A stretch of 64,000 bases of DNA from assembly GCA_001464965.1 (NCBI GenBank), contig LNEJ01000031.1, forward strand, positions 44,215-108,214, in the 5' to 3' direction. A program made the translations under genes and the position numbers. The first letter of the stretch is position 1. Every line of letters begins with the position of its first letter. The notes beneath the pieces were generated by a model. That model was not told the DNA's origin, ran no database searches, and worked only from the letters and a program-made list of their open reading frames with translations. Source of the stretch: Gammaproteobacteria bacterium Ga0074134. GTDB lineage: Bacteria > Pseudomonadota > Gammaproteobacteria > Ga0077554 > Ga007554. This document shows positions 10,143 through 19,217 of the stretch, in pieces.

Positions 10143-10172
10143 GCGCCCCGTACAGTACGGGGCGCTTTTTTT
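10143..10172 (+). terminator. rho-independent terminator
   Basis: GCGCCCCGTAC / GTACGGGGCGC stem followed by a T-run. Confidence 0.7.
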
Positions 10173-10176
10173 CGTT

Positions 10177-10929
10177 TTAACCCTGATAATCAACTGCACA
10201 CGGCCCCTTGAATTCCTCCGGCACATCCGGCGGGCATTCGCCGCACAGCATGTTGCCAGGTACGGCGAAGTCCATTTTTCTTGGGTAGGGCAGTTTCAGC
10301 GCGTTCATGATCTCTATGAATTCATCCAGGGTTTTGCCACCGCCAAGCCGGGGATTCCGTGTCTTTTCCTGGCCTATGGTGGATATTTGACGGCTGGCAT
10401 AGTCGTGTCCCGGATACACGAGAGTTTCATCGGGCAGGGTAAATAATTTTCTTTGAATTGATTCATAAAGTGTGATGGGGTTGCCACCTTGGAAATCCGT
10501 GCGCCCACAGCCATCAATCAATAAGGCATCGCCGCTGAACAGCATTTGATGTGCGCCATTGTCGAGCAGATAGGCATGGTGTGTGGCGGTATGCCCCGGA
10601 GTGAGCAGCGGGTGTATCTCAATCATGCCGACGCGGAATGTTTCGCCTTCCTGCAATCCAATGTCGCGGCAGGGAATTCCATCCATTGCGGGTCCGGCAA
10701 TTTTGCTTCCCAGCAGGTATTTCAGTTTGCGCGCGCCGGTAAGGTGGTCGGCATGGATATGTGTTTCCACGGAATAGGCCAGCTTCAACCCAAGTTCCTG
10801 CAAGACGTGCTGATCGCGCTCCACAGTTTCTAAAACCGGGTCGATAAGCACCGCCAGCCCTGAGTCACGGCAGCCCAGCAGATAGGTGTAGCTTGATGAG
10901 TTCGACTCGAAAAGTTGCTTGAGGATCAT
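10177..10929 (-). CDS. MBL-fold hydrolase, persulfide dioxygenase (ETHE1)-like
   Basis: THIHADH metal motif, TPGHT, and GDALLIDGCGRTDFQGG, which is typical of ETHE1/PDO-type enzymes. Confidence 0.8.
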   Translation of the reverse strand: MILKQLFESNSSSYTYLLGCRDSGLAVLIDPVLETVERDQHVLQELGLKLAYSVETHIHADHLTGARKLKYLLGSKIAGPAMDGIPCRDIGLQEGETFRVGMIEIHPLLTPGHTATHHAYLLDNGAHQMLFSGDALLIDGCGRTDFQGGNPITLYESIQRKLFTLPDETLVYPGHDYASRQISTIGQEKTRNPRLGGGKTLDEFIEIMNALKLPYPRKMDFAVPGNMLCGECPPDVPEEFKGPCAVDYQG

Positions 10930-10974
10930 GATGGCCCCTCACGGTTGCCGCTGCGAAAAAATCCGGCGCAGTTT

Positions 10975-12201
10975 TCATGGCGACCACTCCAGATTTAATG
11001 TGTTAGACCAAGCCCGGTTTAAATTATCCATTACCGTTTCCGGCGTAATCTCCGCCAATTCTGACAAGCGCTCTTCCATCGTCGGGTGACGTTTAAGATA
11101 AATCGCCTCGCGCGCCAGGCGTTCCATGTTCTCTTCGGGATCATCCTCCGCGATGAGCATGGAGGCGCGCAGGTGGTTACGCGAATTTTCCACTTCGTCC
11201 GCATCCGGCCCGTTGCGCATAAGCCGCAAGAGGGTGTCTTCCACGGCCTGGTGGCATTCCTGGGCGCGATCGGGTTCGCAGGCGGTCTGGATCAGCCATA
11301 GGCCACAATCGGAATAGAGTTCAAGGCGCGACTGAATAGCGTAGGCCAGGCCGCGTTGTTCACGGATCTCCTGAAAGAGCCGTGAAGACACCCCTCCGCC
11401 CAATAAATGATTGGCAAGCACCAACGCTGGGTAGCGCGCATCACTGATCGGCGGCGCCGCCATGCTCCATAATAAATGACTCTGCGTGAGGTCTTGCTGC
11501 GCACGATGGTGCCCGCCAGTGAAAACCGGCATTGGTTGCGCTGGCGGTACGCCCGGCGGCAATGCCGCGAGCGGTGTACACGCCTGCACCAGCGCCGCGT
11601 GATCCACCGCGCCTGCCGCCATGATCCATAATCGGTTACCCGTCAGCAGGCTGCGCAAATAGTCATGCATCCCTTCGGCCGTGGCGTTTTCGACAACCGC
11701 CTGGCGGCCCAGAATCGGCCAGCCGAGCGGATGGTTGGGCCATGCCAGTTCGATGGCGGACTCCTCCATGGCTTCTTCGGGCGTATCCTCGATCATCGCC
11801 ATTTCCTGTAGCACTACTTCACGCTCTATGGCCAGATCGTGCTCATTAAAGCGGGGGGCAAGCAGCATGGCGATAAACATGTTGAGCAGTTCCAGCAGAT
11901 TCTGCTCCGGCACAAGTCCGTGCAGCGCCGTCAGCTCACGCCCGGTATGCGCGTTGATCTGGCCACCCATCGCCTCGAAGCGGCGCGCCATCGTCAGCGC
12001 ATCCATTCCCTCGCAGCCTTTGAACAGCAGGTGTTCCAGCAGATGGGCGTAGCCCGCCTGTTCCATTGTCTGATGGCGTCCGCCATTGAGTATCCATGCT
12101 CCAAGCGCCGCGCTATGCGTGTTAGGCATCGCGCGGCTGACAATAGTCACGTTGTTGGCGAGATGGGTGGTTGTGATGGTGTTGCAGGTGTTGTTATGCA
12201 A
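10975..12201 (-). CDS. M16 (pitrilysin/insulinase) family zinc peptidase
   Basis: Inverted zinc motif HLLEHLLFKG (HxxEH) near the N-terminus. 408 aa. Confidence 0.85.
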   Translation of the reverse strand: MHNNTCNTITTTHLANNVTIVSRAMPNTHSAALGAWILNGGRHQTMEQAGYAHLLEHLLFKGCEGMDALTMARRFEAMGGQINAHTGRELTALHGLVPEQNLLELLNMFIAMLLAPRFNEHDLAIEREVVLQEMAMIEDTPEEAMEESAIELAWPNHPLGWPILGRQAVVENATAEGMHDYLRSLLTGNRLWIMAAGAVDHAALVQACTPLAALPPGVPPAQPMPVFTGGHHRAQQDLTQSHLLWSMAAPPISDARYPALVLANHLLGGGVSSRLFQEIREQRGLAYAIQSRLELYSDCGLWLIQTACEPDRAQECHQAVEDTLLRLMRNGPDADEVENSRNHLRASMLIAEDDPEENMERLAREAIYLKRHPTMEERLSELAEITPETVMDNLNRAWSNTLNLEWSP

Positions 12202-12373
12202 TGATGGGCATCTCGCTGGGTAATATTATGGGTACTATCATATCCGAGCAGGTGGGCACGCGCACGCAGGTATTCTTGCGCGACAATTTTTAATACACTA
12301 TCGAGTAGTGTCGGCTTTCAAAAGCGGCAAAACATACTTTTATAAAATAACGGTTTTGATAGGGCGCATCATC

Positions 12374-12865
12374 ATGAATCATTCCAGGGCATCCAAGACC
12401 ATCTTTCTGTCCAGCCTGCTTTTCTTTGTGTCGTTCATGCTGGCCGGATGCAGTGATCCGCCGCGCAGTCCCGAAATGCGCGATTTAGACAAGAAATTTT
12501 ACGAGCTCGTAAAACAGAAGGATTTCGAACAGGCGAGCGCGATGTTTGCGCCGGAGGAGTCCCCTGATGAGTGGATGGCCTATCTGAAGCACAATAATGA
12601 AGAACTGGGTGATTTGCAAAGCTATGAATTGAAAGACACTGTGGTCAACACTATTTTGACTGGCACGGTGTATATTTCCCGCTACAAAACCAAATACGCC
12701 AAAGGCGAGGCCAACGAGGTTTTGACAGTGCGGGATGACACGATGAAGGGTCTCAATATTGCCATGTACAAGATCAACCCCCGGCAGAAGAAGCCCCAGG
12801 CAAACGCCCCAGCAGCACCGGCGGCTAATCCGGCCCCAGCTCCCCAGGCCGCGCCAGCTAATTAA
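12374..12865 (+). CDS. hypothetical lipoprotein with Pro/Ala-rich tail
   Basis: The start was moved to the ATG at 12374, giving a lipobox (MLAGC|SD). The C-terminus is [21 protein letters not shown]. No family recognised. Confidence 0.6.
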   Translation: MNHSRASKTIFLSSLLFFVSFMLAGCSDPPRSPEMRDLDKKFYELVKQKDFEQASAMFAPEESPDEWMAYLKHNNEELGDLQSYELKDTVVNTILTGTVYISRYKTKYAKGEANEVLTVRDDTMKGLNIAMYKINPRQKKPQANAPAAPAANPAPAPQAAPAN

Positions 12866-14391
12866 GAGCCTGCCGCGCGGCGGTCCAGCCGCCGGTAGGA
12901 GATGGCCTCGCTCAGATGGGCAGTGTTGATCGCCTCGCTGCCCGCCAGGTCTGCGATGGTGCGCGCCACCTTCAGAATGCGGTGGTAGGCACGCGCCGAC
13001 AGCCCCAAGCGTTCGATGGCCTGTTCCAGCAATTTTGCATCACTGTCATTCAGGCGGCAGACGCGTTCGATCTGGCGGTTGCTCAGCGCGCAGTTCGGCT
13101 TATTGGTGCGCTGCATCTGGTGTGCGCGGGCGGCCGCGACGCGCGTGCGTACCTGGGTGCTGGTTTCGCCACTGTTCTCAGGTCCGGCGCGCAACAGGTC
13201 GCGCGGCAAGCGGGGCACTTCGATGTGCATGTCGATGCGGTCCAGCAGCGGGTCGGACACGCGCGCCCGGTAGCGCTGTACCTGCTCCACGGTGCAGCGG
13301 CAGCGTCCGTTGGCGTCCCCATGATACCCGCATGGGCACGGGTTCATCGCCGCGACAAACTGGAAGCGGGCCGGGAAGGTCGCCTGCCGTGCGGCGCGCG
13401 AGATCGTGATATGGCCGGATTCCAGCGGTTCGCGCAGCACCTCCAGCACTTTCCGGTCAAATTCCGGCAATTCATCCAGGAACAACACGCCGTTATGCGC
13501 CAGCGAGATCTCGCCTGGGCGAGGATGAGAGCCACCTCCCACCAGGGCCACTCCGGACGCCGTATGATGAGGGGCGCGAAACGGGCGCTTATTGAAGCGG
13601 GCTGGTGCGAAACCGGAATCGCTGATGGATGTGATAGCGGCGGTTTCCAGTGCCTCATCCTCCGTCATCAATGGCAGGATGCCTGGCAGACGGCTTGCCA
13701 GCATGGTTTTGCCGGTGCTGGGCGGGCCGATCAGCAACAGGCTGTGACCGCCCGCCGCAGCGATTTCCAGGGCGCGTTTGGCATGATGCTGGCCGCGCAC
13801 CTCGGCCAGATCGTTCGGCTCATGTTCCTCCGGCTGCGCGGCTGGGCTGCCCGGCGCCGCCGCATGGGGCGGCAACAAACGGCTCCCATGGAGGTGGGCG
13901 CATACTTCCAGCAAGTGGCGGGCGCCCAACACTGTCGCATCGCCGACCAGAGCGGCCTCGGCGGCGTTTTCCAGGGGGATTACCAAGGTATGCTGGGCAT
14001 TGCGTGCCTGGACGGCGACGGGTAGCACGCCACGTAGCGGGCGTAGCTCGCCGCTCAGCGCCAGCTCTCCGGCAAACTCGTATTCAGCCAGACCTTGGGC
14101 GGGTATTTGCCCGGACGCCGCAAGAATCCCCAAGGCGATCGGCAGGTCGAAGCGTCCACCCTCTTTGGGCAGGTCGGCGGGGGCAAGATTGACGGTAATT
14201 CTCCGCGCGGGAAAATCAAAGTTCGCGTTCAGCAAAGCCCCGCGCACACGGTCTTTACTCTCCTTGACCGCCATCTCAGGCAGCCCGACGATGGACAGGC
14301 TGGGCAGGCCATTGGAAAGATGCACCTCCACTGTTACCAGTGGGGCGTCGATGCCGGCCTGCGCCCGGCTGAAGATTACTGAGAGCGACAT
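12862..14391 (-). CDS. comM: YifB/ComM family Mg-chelatase-like AAA+ ATPase
   Basis: N-terminal Lon-protease-like domain ([12 protein letters not shown]...ESKDRV), Walker A GPPSTGKT, and LFLDELPEF. Confidence 0.9.
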   Translation of the reverse strand: MSLSVIFSRAQAGIDAPLVTVEVHLSNGLPSLSIVGLPEMAVKESKDRVRGALLNANFDFPARRITVNLAPADLPKEGGRFDLPIALGILAASGQIPAQGLAEYEFAGELALSGELRPLRGVLPVAVQARNAQHTLVIPLENAAEAALVGDATVLGARHLLEVCAHLHGSRLLPPHAAAPGSPAAQPEEHEPNDLAEVRGQHHAKRALEIAAAGGHSLLLIGPPSTGKTMLASRLPGILPLMTEDEALETAAITSISDSGFAPARFNKRPFRAPHHTASGVALVGGGSHPRPGEISLAHNGVLFLDELPEFDRKVLEVLREPLESGHITISRAARQATFPARFQFVAAMNPCPCGYHGDANGRCRCTVEQVQRYRARVSDPLLDRIDMHIEVPRLPRDLLRAGPENSGETSTQVRTRVAAARAHQMQRTNKPNCALSNRQIERVCRLNDSDAKLLEQAIERLGLSARAYHRILKVARTIADLAGSEAINTAHLSEAISYRRLDRRAAGS

Positions 14392-14424
14392 GGTTGGTTA
14401 GGGTAAACGCGGAGCACGGTAGTA

Positions 14425-14585
14425 AGAACCTGTTCACGATCTCGCTGAAGGGCGCATTGCGGCGTTAAAATCGAACTCAAAATGCTCACATACTTCGTGT
14501 ATGCTCCGCTTTTTCGTTCGATTTTGCCTTGCACTGGGAACCCTTCGCTGCGCTCTTCCCTTGATCGAGATCGTGAACGGGTTCT
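14425..14585. repeat. nested imperfect palindrome, element B1 (core in reverse orientation relative to B3)
   Basis: Outer arms AGAACCTGTTCACGATCTCG / CGAGATCGTGAACGGGTTCT. Inner arms AAAATCGAA / TTCGATTTT. Tip hairpin CATAC-TTCGT-GTATG. The 41-nt centre (14476-14516) is the reverse complement of 46105-46145 apart from 5 positions. Confidence 0.7.
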
Positions 14586-14609
14586 AACTATAGCAGTCGT
14601 TTCCCGCAC

Positions 14610-14867
14610 TCACTCGGCCTGATTCTTGAGCAACTTTTCCATGTCGGCGACGTGCTGCTCCAGCGCGTCCAGTTTGGCGCGCGTGCGGTTAAGCACGGCT
14701 GTTTGCACATCGAACTCCTCGCGCGTCACCAGGTCCAGCTTGGAAAACGCCGCCTGGAGTACCGCGCGAAAGTTTTTTTCCAGATCACGCTGCAGGTCGC
14801 GGATACCGGAAGGGACGGCATCGGCGAGGCGTTTTGCCAGATCATCAAGAATTTTGGGGTCGACCAT
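14610..14867 (-). CDS. ubiK: UbiK/YqiC (BMFP) family accessory factor
   Basis: 85-aa coiled-coil protein (MVDPKILDDLAKRL...LVTREEFDVQ...). The start was moved to the ATG at 14867, which has GGAGG upstream. Neighbouring comM is the usual arrangement. Confidence 0.75.
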   Translation of the reverse strand: MVDPKILDDLAKRLADAVPSGIRDLQRDLEKNFRAVLQAAFSKLDLVTREEFDVQTAVLNRTRAKLDALEQHVADMEKLLKNQAE

Positions 14868-14995
14868 GTGAATACCTCCGGGTAATTGGATCATATTAGC
14901 AAAAGTCGCGCGGACTTTGCGCATGCCCATGCCTAAAAGTATAGGAAATATTTGACGGTTCCTGCCTATACCCGTAAAATTCGCCCCTCACATTG

Positions 14996-15070
14996 GGGCG
15001 ATTAGCTCAGCGGTAGAGCACTGCCTTCACACGGCAGGGGCCACTGGTTCGATCCCAGTATCGCCCACCA
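14996..15070 (+). tRNA. tRNA-Val (anticodon CAC)
   Basis: Hand-folded cloverleaf: acceptor GGGCGAT/ATCGCCC, D arm GCTC..GAGC, anticodon stem CTGCC/GGCAG with loop TTCACAC, T arm ACTGG-TTCGATC-CCAGT, encoded CCA. Confidence 0.92.
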
Positions 15071-15213
15071 ATCAAATCATTCGGCTATTTTACTCAAAAT
15101 AGCGAAACACCGTCCTCGTCGCCGTTTCCTGCCAAGGACCGGATCATTTTTGCCCCGATCAAACAAGGTTCTGTGTTGACCCGGTAACGCCGTTTCCGGC
15201 AAGACTCATTAAT

Positions 15214-15312
15214 CGCACCAAATTGATAAAAGGACAATAGTTTGCGCTCGAAATTGGTGCGCAAGCGCCATTCAAGCGCCATTCTGGAGTGAGCGCCATT
15301 TCATGGTGCGCT
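15214..15312. promoter_or_regulatory. cluster of GCACC/GGTGC half-sites, candidate NtrC enhancer
   Basis: CGCACCAAATT (15214-15224) and AAATTGGTGCG (15251-15261) form an inverted pair. Additional TGGTGCGCAAGCGCCA and GCGCCATTTCATGGTGCGC elements sit 50-150 nt upstream of the sigma-54 promoter. Confidence 0.35.
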
Positions 15313-15358
15313 TATTTTATCTTTATATATTAATGACATCAGATTGATTGCCCGAGAT

Positions 15359-15373
15359 TGGCACACGGCTTGC
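15359..15373 (+). promoter_or_regulatory. sigma-54 (-24/-12) promoter
   Basis: TGGCAC-ACGGC-TTGC matches the TGGCAC-N5-TTGC consensus exactly. It lies about 80 nt upstream of the transporter start. Confidence 0.6.
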
Positions 15374-15450
15374 CTTGCATGATTGCATGCTTGTTTGGCA
15401 TGTGATCCAGCCTGGTGCGAGCATGGCGCCAGTAATCAGGGGTGTAGAGA

Positions 15451-16731
15451 ATGAATTTTCAGGATTTCAAACAGGCAGGGCATTGGCCCACGCTGTTGGC
15501 GGCGTTTTTGTATTTTGATATCAGCTTCATGGTGTGGGTAGTGTTGGGGCCGCTTTCGCTGTATATCACTCAGGAGCTGGGCATTCCCATTGAAGAGAAA
15601 TTCACGATTGTTGCTGTGCCTATTCTGGCAGGCGCCCTCTTGCGCGTGCCGATGGGGATGCTGGCGGATCACATCGGCCCGAAACGCGCGGGGCAGTTGG
15701 GGCAGCTGATTGTCATGGTCGGGTTGACCTATGCCTGGGTAACGGGTTTGCACAGCAAGCTGGAGGTGGAGCTGTTCGGGGTGATTCTCGGGTTTGCGGG
15801 CGCGAGCTTTGCGGTGGCGCTGCCGCAGGCCAGCCGCTGGTATCCGCCAAATTACCAAGGCATCGTGCTGGGCATCACCGGGGCGGGCAATATGGGTGTG
15901 GTGCTGGACTCCATGATCGTGCCGTGGCTGGCGGAAAATTTTGGCTGGCAGTCGGTGTTCGGTTTTCTGCTGATCCCTGTCGTGGTGGTCTTCCTGCTCT
16001 ATAGCTGGATGGCCAAGGATGCGCCGCACCAACCCGCCCCGGTGACGCTGGCGAACTACGCCACAGTGCTCAAGGATGCCGATACCTGGTGGTTTATGTT
16101 CTTCTATTCGATTACCTTCGGTGGTTTCGTGGGTCTGGGTACTGCGTTGCCGCTGTACTTTACGACGTGGTATCACACCTCCGGCGTGGCGGCGGGCATG
16201 ATGGTGGCTTTGGTGGTATTCGCAGGTTCGCTATTCCGCCCGGTGGGTGGTTGGCTGGCGGACCGCATGGGTGGCATCAAGACGCTACAGGTGCTGTTTG
16301 TGGTCGTGGCGCTCTCGTATTTGAGCATCTCTTTGATGCCGGAAGGCCCCGCGCCTGCCGCAGGTGCGGTGGCGGATGCCAAGGTAAGTGGTTGGGGGCT
16401 GTTCGAGTTACCCGCTGTTGCCTGGGGCGCGGTGGTCATCTTCTTTGTCGGCGCGATGGCGCTGGGCATGGGCAATGGTTCAGTGTTTCAGCTCGTGCCG
16501 CAGCGCTTTCGCCGTGAAATGGGTGTGATGACCGGCTTGGTGGGCGCGGCGGGTGGCGTGGGCGGGTTCTTTCTCGCCAAAGCACTAGGCTGGTCCAAGG
16601 GCATGACGGGTGACTTTGCGGCCGGTTTCTGGATATTCGCCGGGCTGGCCTTGGTTGGCCTGGTTGGTCTGGTACGCGTCAAAACCCGCTGGCGCACCAC
16701 TTGGGGCGCAGTGTCGGGGGCCAGGGTCTGA
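15451..16731 (+). CDS. MFS nitrate/nitrite transporter (NarK/NasA family)
   Basis: 426 aa, 12 TM. The N-terminal string LYFDISFMVWVVLGPL and the Gly-rich TM strings are typical of the NNP family. Confidence 0.85.
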   Translation: MNFQDFKQAGHWPTLLAAFLYFDISFMVWVVLGPLSLYITQELGIPIEEKFTIVAVPILAGALLRVPMGMLADHIGPKRAGQLGQLIVMVGLTYAWVTGLHSKLEVELFGVILGFAGASFAVALPQASRWYPPNYQGIVLGITGAGNMGVVLDSMIVPWLAENFGWQSVFGFLLIPVVVVFLLYSWMAKDAPHQPAPVTLANYATVLKDADTWWFMFFYSITFGGFVGLGTALPLYFTTWYHTSGVAAGMMVALVVFAGSLFRPVGGWLADRMGGIKTLQVLFVVVALSYLSISLMPEGPAPAAGAVADAKVSGWGLFELPAVAWGAVVIFFVGAMALGMGNGSVFQLVPQRFRREMGVMTGLVGAAGGVGGFFLAKALGWSKGMTGDFAAGFWIFAGLALVGLVGLVRVKTRWRTTWGAVSGARV

Positions 16732-16774
16732 AGTGACCCTCTGGGTAATAAAAGTTGTTTTCCGCTGGACAAAA

Positions 16775-16806
16775 AAAGGGGGGCGGGTATATACCCGCCC
16801 CCCTTT
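16775..16806. terminator. bidirectional terminator between convergent genes
   Basis: Perfect palindrome AAAGGGGGGCGGGTAT/ATACCCGCCCCCCTTT, flanked by an A-run on one side and a T-run on the other. Confidence 0.75.
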
Positions 16807-16844
16807 ACCTGAAATCCTCAAGGGTTTTCAGTCACCTTCATCTA

Positions 16845-18401
16845 TCAGAAGCTGCGCGGTGCGGGCCGTTTCTGTGGGCGCGATGCAAACGAGATTTTCG
16901 GACGCTCACCCGTTGTCTTGTGACGGGGCGCTCCGTTGTCGCTTGAACGGCGAGGCGCGCCGTTGTCACTGGAACGCGTGTTTCCGTTCGCATTTCCGTT
17001 GCTGCTTCCGTATCCGTTTCCGTTGCTGTACCCCGTGCTTTTTGCCCGTTGCTGTGCATAAGGCTGGCTAAAGCCCTCGCCCTGGCTGCGGGGTTGCCCT
17101 CCTCGGGGGGCTGAGGACGGCGAACGAGGTGCTGAGGATGACGAGCGGGGACGCGCTGCGCCGGCACCGGCACCATTGCGTGCGAAACCCGGACGGCCGC
17201 CACGGGGCTTGTCGCCGCCGGCACCGCCTCTAGGCTCCGAACGGGTCGGCTCCAGGCCTGGCAGAACGCTGCGCTCCAGACGATGCCCGGTGAGCCGCTC
17301 GATTTGCGCCAGCTTGCCCCAATCCTGCGGGCCGATCAGCGAAACCGCTATACCAAAGGCGCCGGCGCGGCCGGTGCGGCCGATGCGGTGCACATAATCT
17401 TCAGCCACCATCGGCAGGTCAAAGTTGATGACGTGCGTAATGCCCGTGATGTCCAGTCCGCGTGCTGCCACATCGGTGGCGACCAGGACTTTCACATCAC
17501 CGCGGCGCATGCGCTGCACAGTGCGATTGCGGGCGCCCTGCTTCATATCGCCGTGCAATGCCGCACAGGCATGGCCCTGCTCGTTCAGCTCGCCGGCCAG
17601 TTCATCGGCGCCGCGCTTGGTCGACGTGAAGACGATGGCCTGGCTGAGATCCTGGGAGCTCAGCACATGGCTCAGCAGCTGATGTTTATGGTTATAGTCA
17701 TCCGCCTGATGAACACGTTGTTCGATCTGCGTGTGTTTTTCTTTCGATCCCGCGATTTGGATGCGGACAGGATCCTTGAGCAAAGTGCGCGCCAGTTTTT
17801 CCACATTGCCTTCGAACGTTGCGGAAAACAGCAGGATCTGGCGAGTAGCAGGCGTGGCAGCACTGATGCGTTCAACAGGCTCGATGAAGCCCATGTCCAG
17901 CATGCGGTCCGCTTCGTCCAGCACCAGCATTTCCAGGCGTGAGAAATCCACCCGTCCGCGCTCCATGTGGTCGATCAGCCGGCCTGGTGTGGCAACCAGC
18001 AGATCCAGCGGAGAGCGCAACAGACGCTCCTGGACAGGGTAGGGCGCGCCACCCACGATCGAGCCGGAGCTCAGTTTCGTGAAACGCGCATAACGCTTGA
18101 TGGACTCCTGGATCTGCGCGGCCAGCTCGCGGGTCGGGGTAAGGATCAGCACGCGCGGCCCGCGGCCTTGAACCTTGGATGGCTCCTGTAATTTTTGCAG
18201 GGCAGGCAGTACAAAGGAGGCTGTTTTGCCAGTGCCGGTCTGGGCTGAAGCCATCAGATCACGGCCTGAAATGGCGACAGGAATAGCCTGGCGCTGGATG
18301 TCGGTAGGTGTGGTGTAGCCGCTCGCCTCAATGGCGCGCAAAAGGTCGGAGCTTAAATTAAGTTCTTGGAAAGACAAAGTAATACCCTCATCCGCCGCCA
18401 C
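16845..18401 (-). CDS. rhlE: DEAD-box ATP-dependent RNA helicase (RhlE-like) with Arg/Gly/Ser-rich tail
   Basis: Q motif, AQTGTGKT, DEADRMLDMGF, SAT and HRIGRTGRAG. GTG start at 18401. Low-complexity basic C-terminus. Confidence 0.9.
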   Translation of the reverse strand: MAADEGITLSFQELNLSSDLLRAIEASGYTTPTDIQRQAIPVAISGRDLMASAQTGTGKTASFVLPALQKLQEPSKVQGRGPRVLILTPTRELAAQIQESIKRYARFTKLSSGSIVGGAPYPVQERLLRSPLDLLVATPGRLIDHMERGRVDFSRLEMLVLDEADRMLDMGFIEPVERISAATPATRQILLFSATFEGNVEKLARTLLKDPVRIQIAGSKEKHTQIEQRVHQADDYNHKHQLLSHVLSSQDLSQAIVFTSTKRGADELAGELNEQGHACAALHGDMKQGARNRTVQRMRRGDVKVLVATDVAARGLDITGITHVINFDLPMVAEDYVHRIGRTGRAGAFGIAVSLIGPQDWGKLAQIERLTGHRLERSVLPGLEPTRSEPRGGAGGDKPRGGRPGFARNGAGAGAARPRSSSSAPRSPSSAPRGGQPRSQGEGFSQPYAQQRAKSTGYSNGNGYGSSNGNANGNTRSSDNGAPRRSSDNGAPRHKTTGERPKISFASRPQKRPAPRSF

Positions 18402-18730
18402 AGAACGGAAATTAATGATGAATGAATGTGTATGGCCAGATAAAAAATATATCTAGCAGGGCGGGTACCGCTGTGGCTGGTGGCGACCGCCAGGTTGCTG
18501 AAACGTCGCCAACCAATATGATGCTGCGCTAGACAGCGGAGAGGTCAGAGACGAAGAGTGTCCGTTTGTTACGGCACGGAGCGCACTATACACAAGAACT
18601 TTAGAAAAAGCTAATGAATTTTAGTGTCTGTAGGTTATGGCTTGCTATCGCCTACTTGTTATATTGCTCCCGGAACGATGATCGCGGAGGGGCCGCTGTT
18701 TCCGTCGGGTGCGGGTGTTTTGTGACAGGG

Positions 18731-18770
18731 AAAAACCGCGGAGCGCCACAATCCAGGCGCCGCTCCGCGG
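18731..18770 (-). terminator. rho-independent terminator of the MCP-porin-PBP operon
   Basis: CCGCGGAGCG / CGCTCCGCGG stem. On the minus strand it is followed by TTTTT. Confidence 0.65.
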
Positions 18771-18779
18771 CGGAGGGGG

Positions 18780-19202
18780 TTACTTAACAACCACTTTCAC
18801 GGTGTCGTCCGCACTTGATGCGCTGATATAGCCTATGGCATTTTTGTTGGTACTGACCACCTTTTTAACCTCGGCATCCTGGTCGACGACCTTGGGCGGC
18901 AGCGCCTTGCCGGCAAAGATGTGTTGCGCCCATAGCGCCTTCATGTTGGAGACGCTTTTGCCGAGCACGTTGCTGGAAAAATCCGCGCGGACCGGATTGC
19001 TCTCTCCCTGATCGACGGAAAAAATCGGGCCGCCGTCCGGCCAGGCTTTCGCCTCGCCCGTGTAAACCTTCACGACAAATGCCTTGTCCACGGCATTGGT
19101 GTTGCCCTTGTTGACGATCACCACCACATCTCCGGCCCAGGCAGACAGGGCCATCATGGCGCCTATGCCTGCCGCTAAAATGCTACGCAAAATCACTTTC
19201 AT
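18780..19202 (-). CDS. half-size periplasmic binding protein, PstS/PBP-like-2 type
   Basis: 140 aa. Signal peptide (ALSAWA|GD), VVVIVNKGN, and KNAIGYISASS, which is typical of phosphate-type PBPs. About half the length of a full PstS. Confidence 0.6.
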   Translation of the reverse strand: MKVILRSILAAGIGAMMALSAWAGDVVVIVNKGNTNAVDKAFVVKVYTGEAKAWPDGGPIFSVDQGESNPVRADFSSNVLGKSVSNMKALWAQHIFAGKALPPKVVDQDAEVKKVVSTNKNAIGYISASSADDTVKVVVK

Positions 19203-19217
19203 CTTCTTTCTCCCGCC

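Noticed and set aside
14425-14585. The B-family palindromes considered as integron attC sites or MITEs.
   Set aside because: There is no integrase, no cassette ORFs, and no RYYYAAC/GTTRRRY ends. The terminal arms differ between copies while the centre is conserved, which is the opposite of a MITE with conserved TIRs.
14376-14609. ORFs across the palindromic elements: 14376..14609(-), 45994..46236(-), 27614..28162(-), 27828..28175(+), 27904..28095(-).
   Set aside because: They are read through inverted repeats, which by construction give open frames on both strands. Their starts overlap neighbouring genes and the translations have no motifs. The DNA is better explained as structured repeats.
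15094-15282. ORF 15094..15282(-) between the tRNA and the transporter.
   Set aside because: It overlaps the candidate enhancer half-sites, has no RBS, and its translation has no features.
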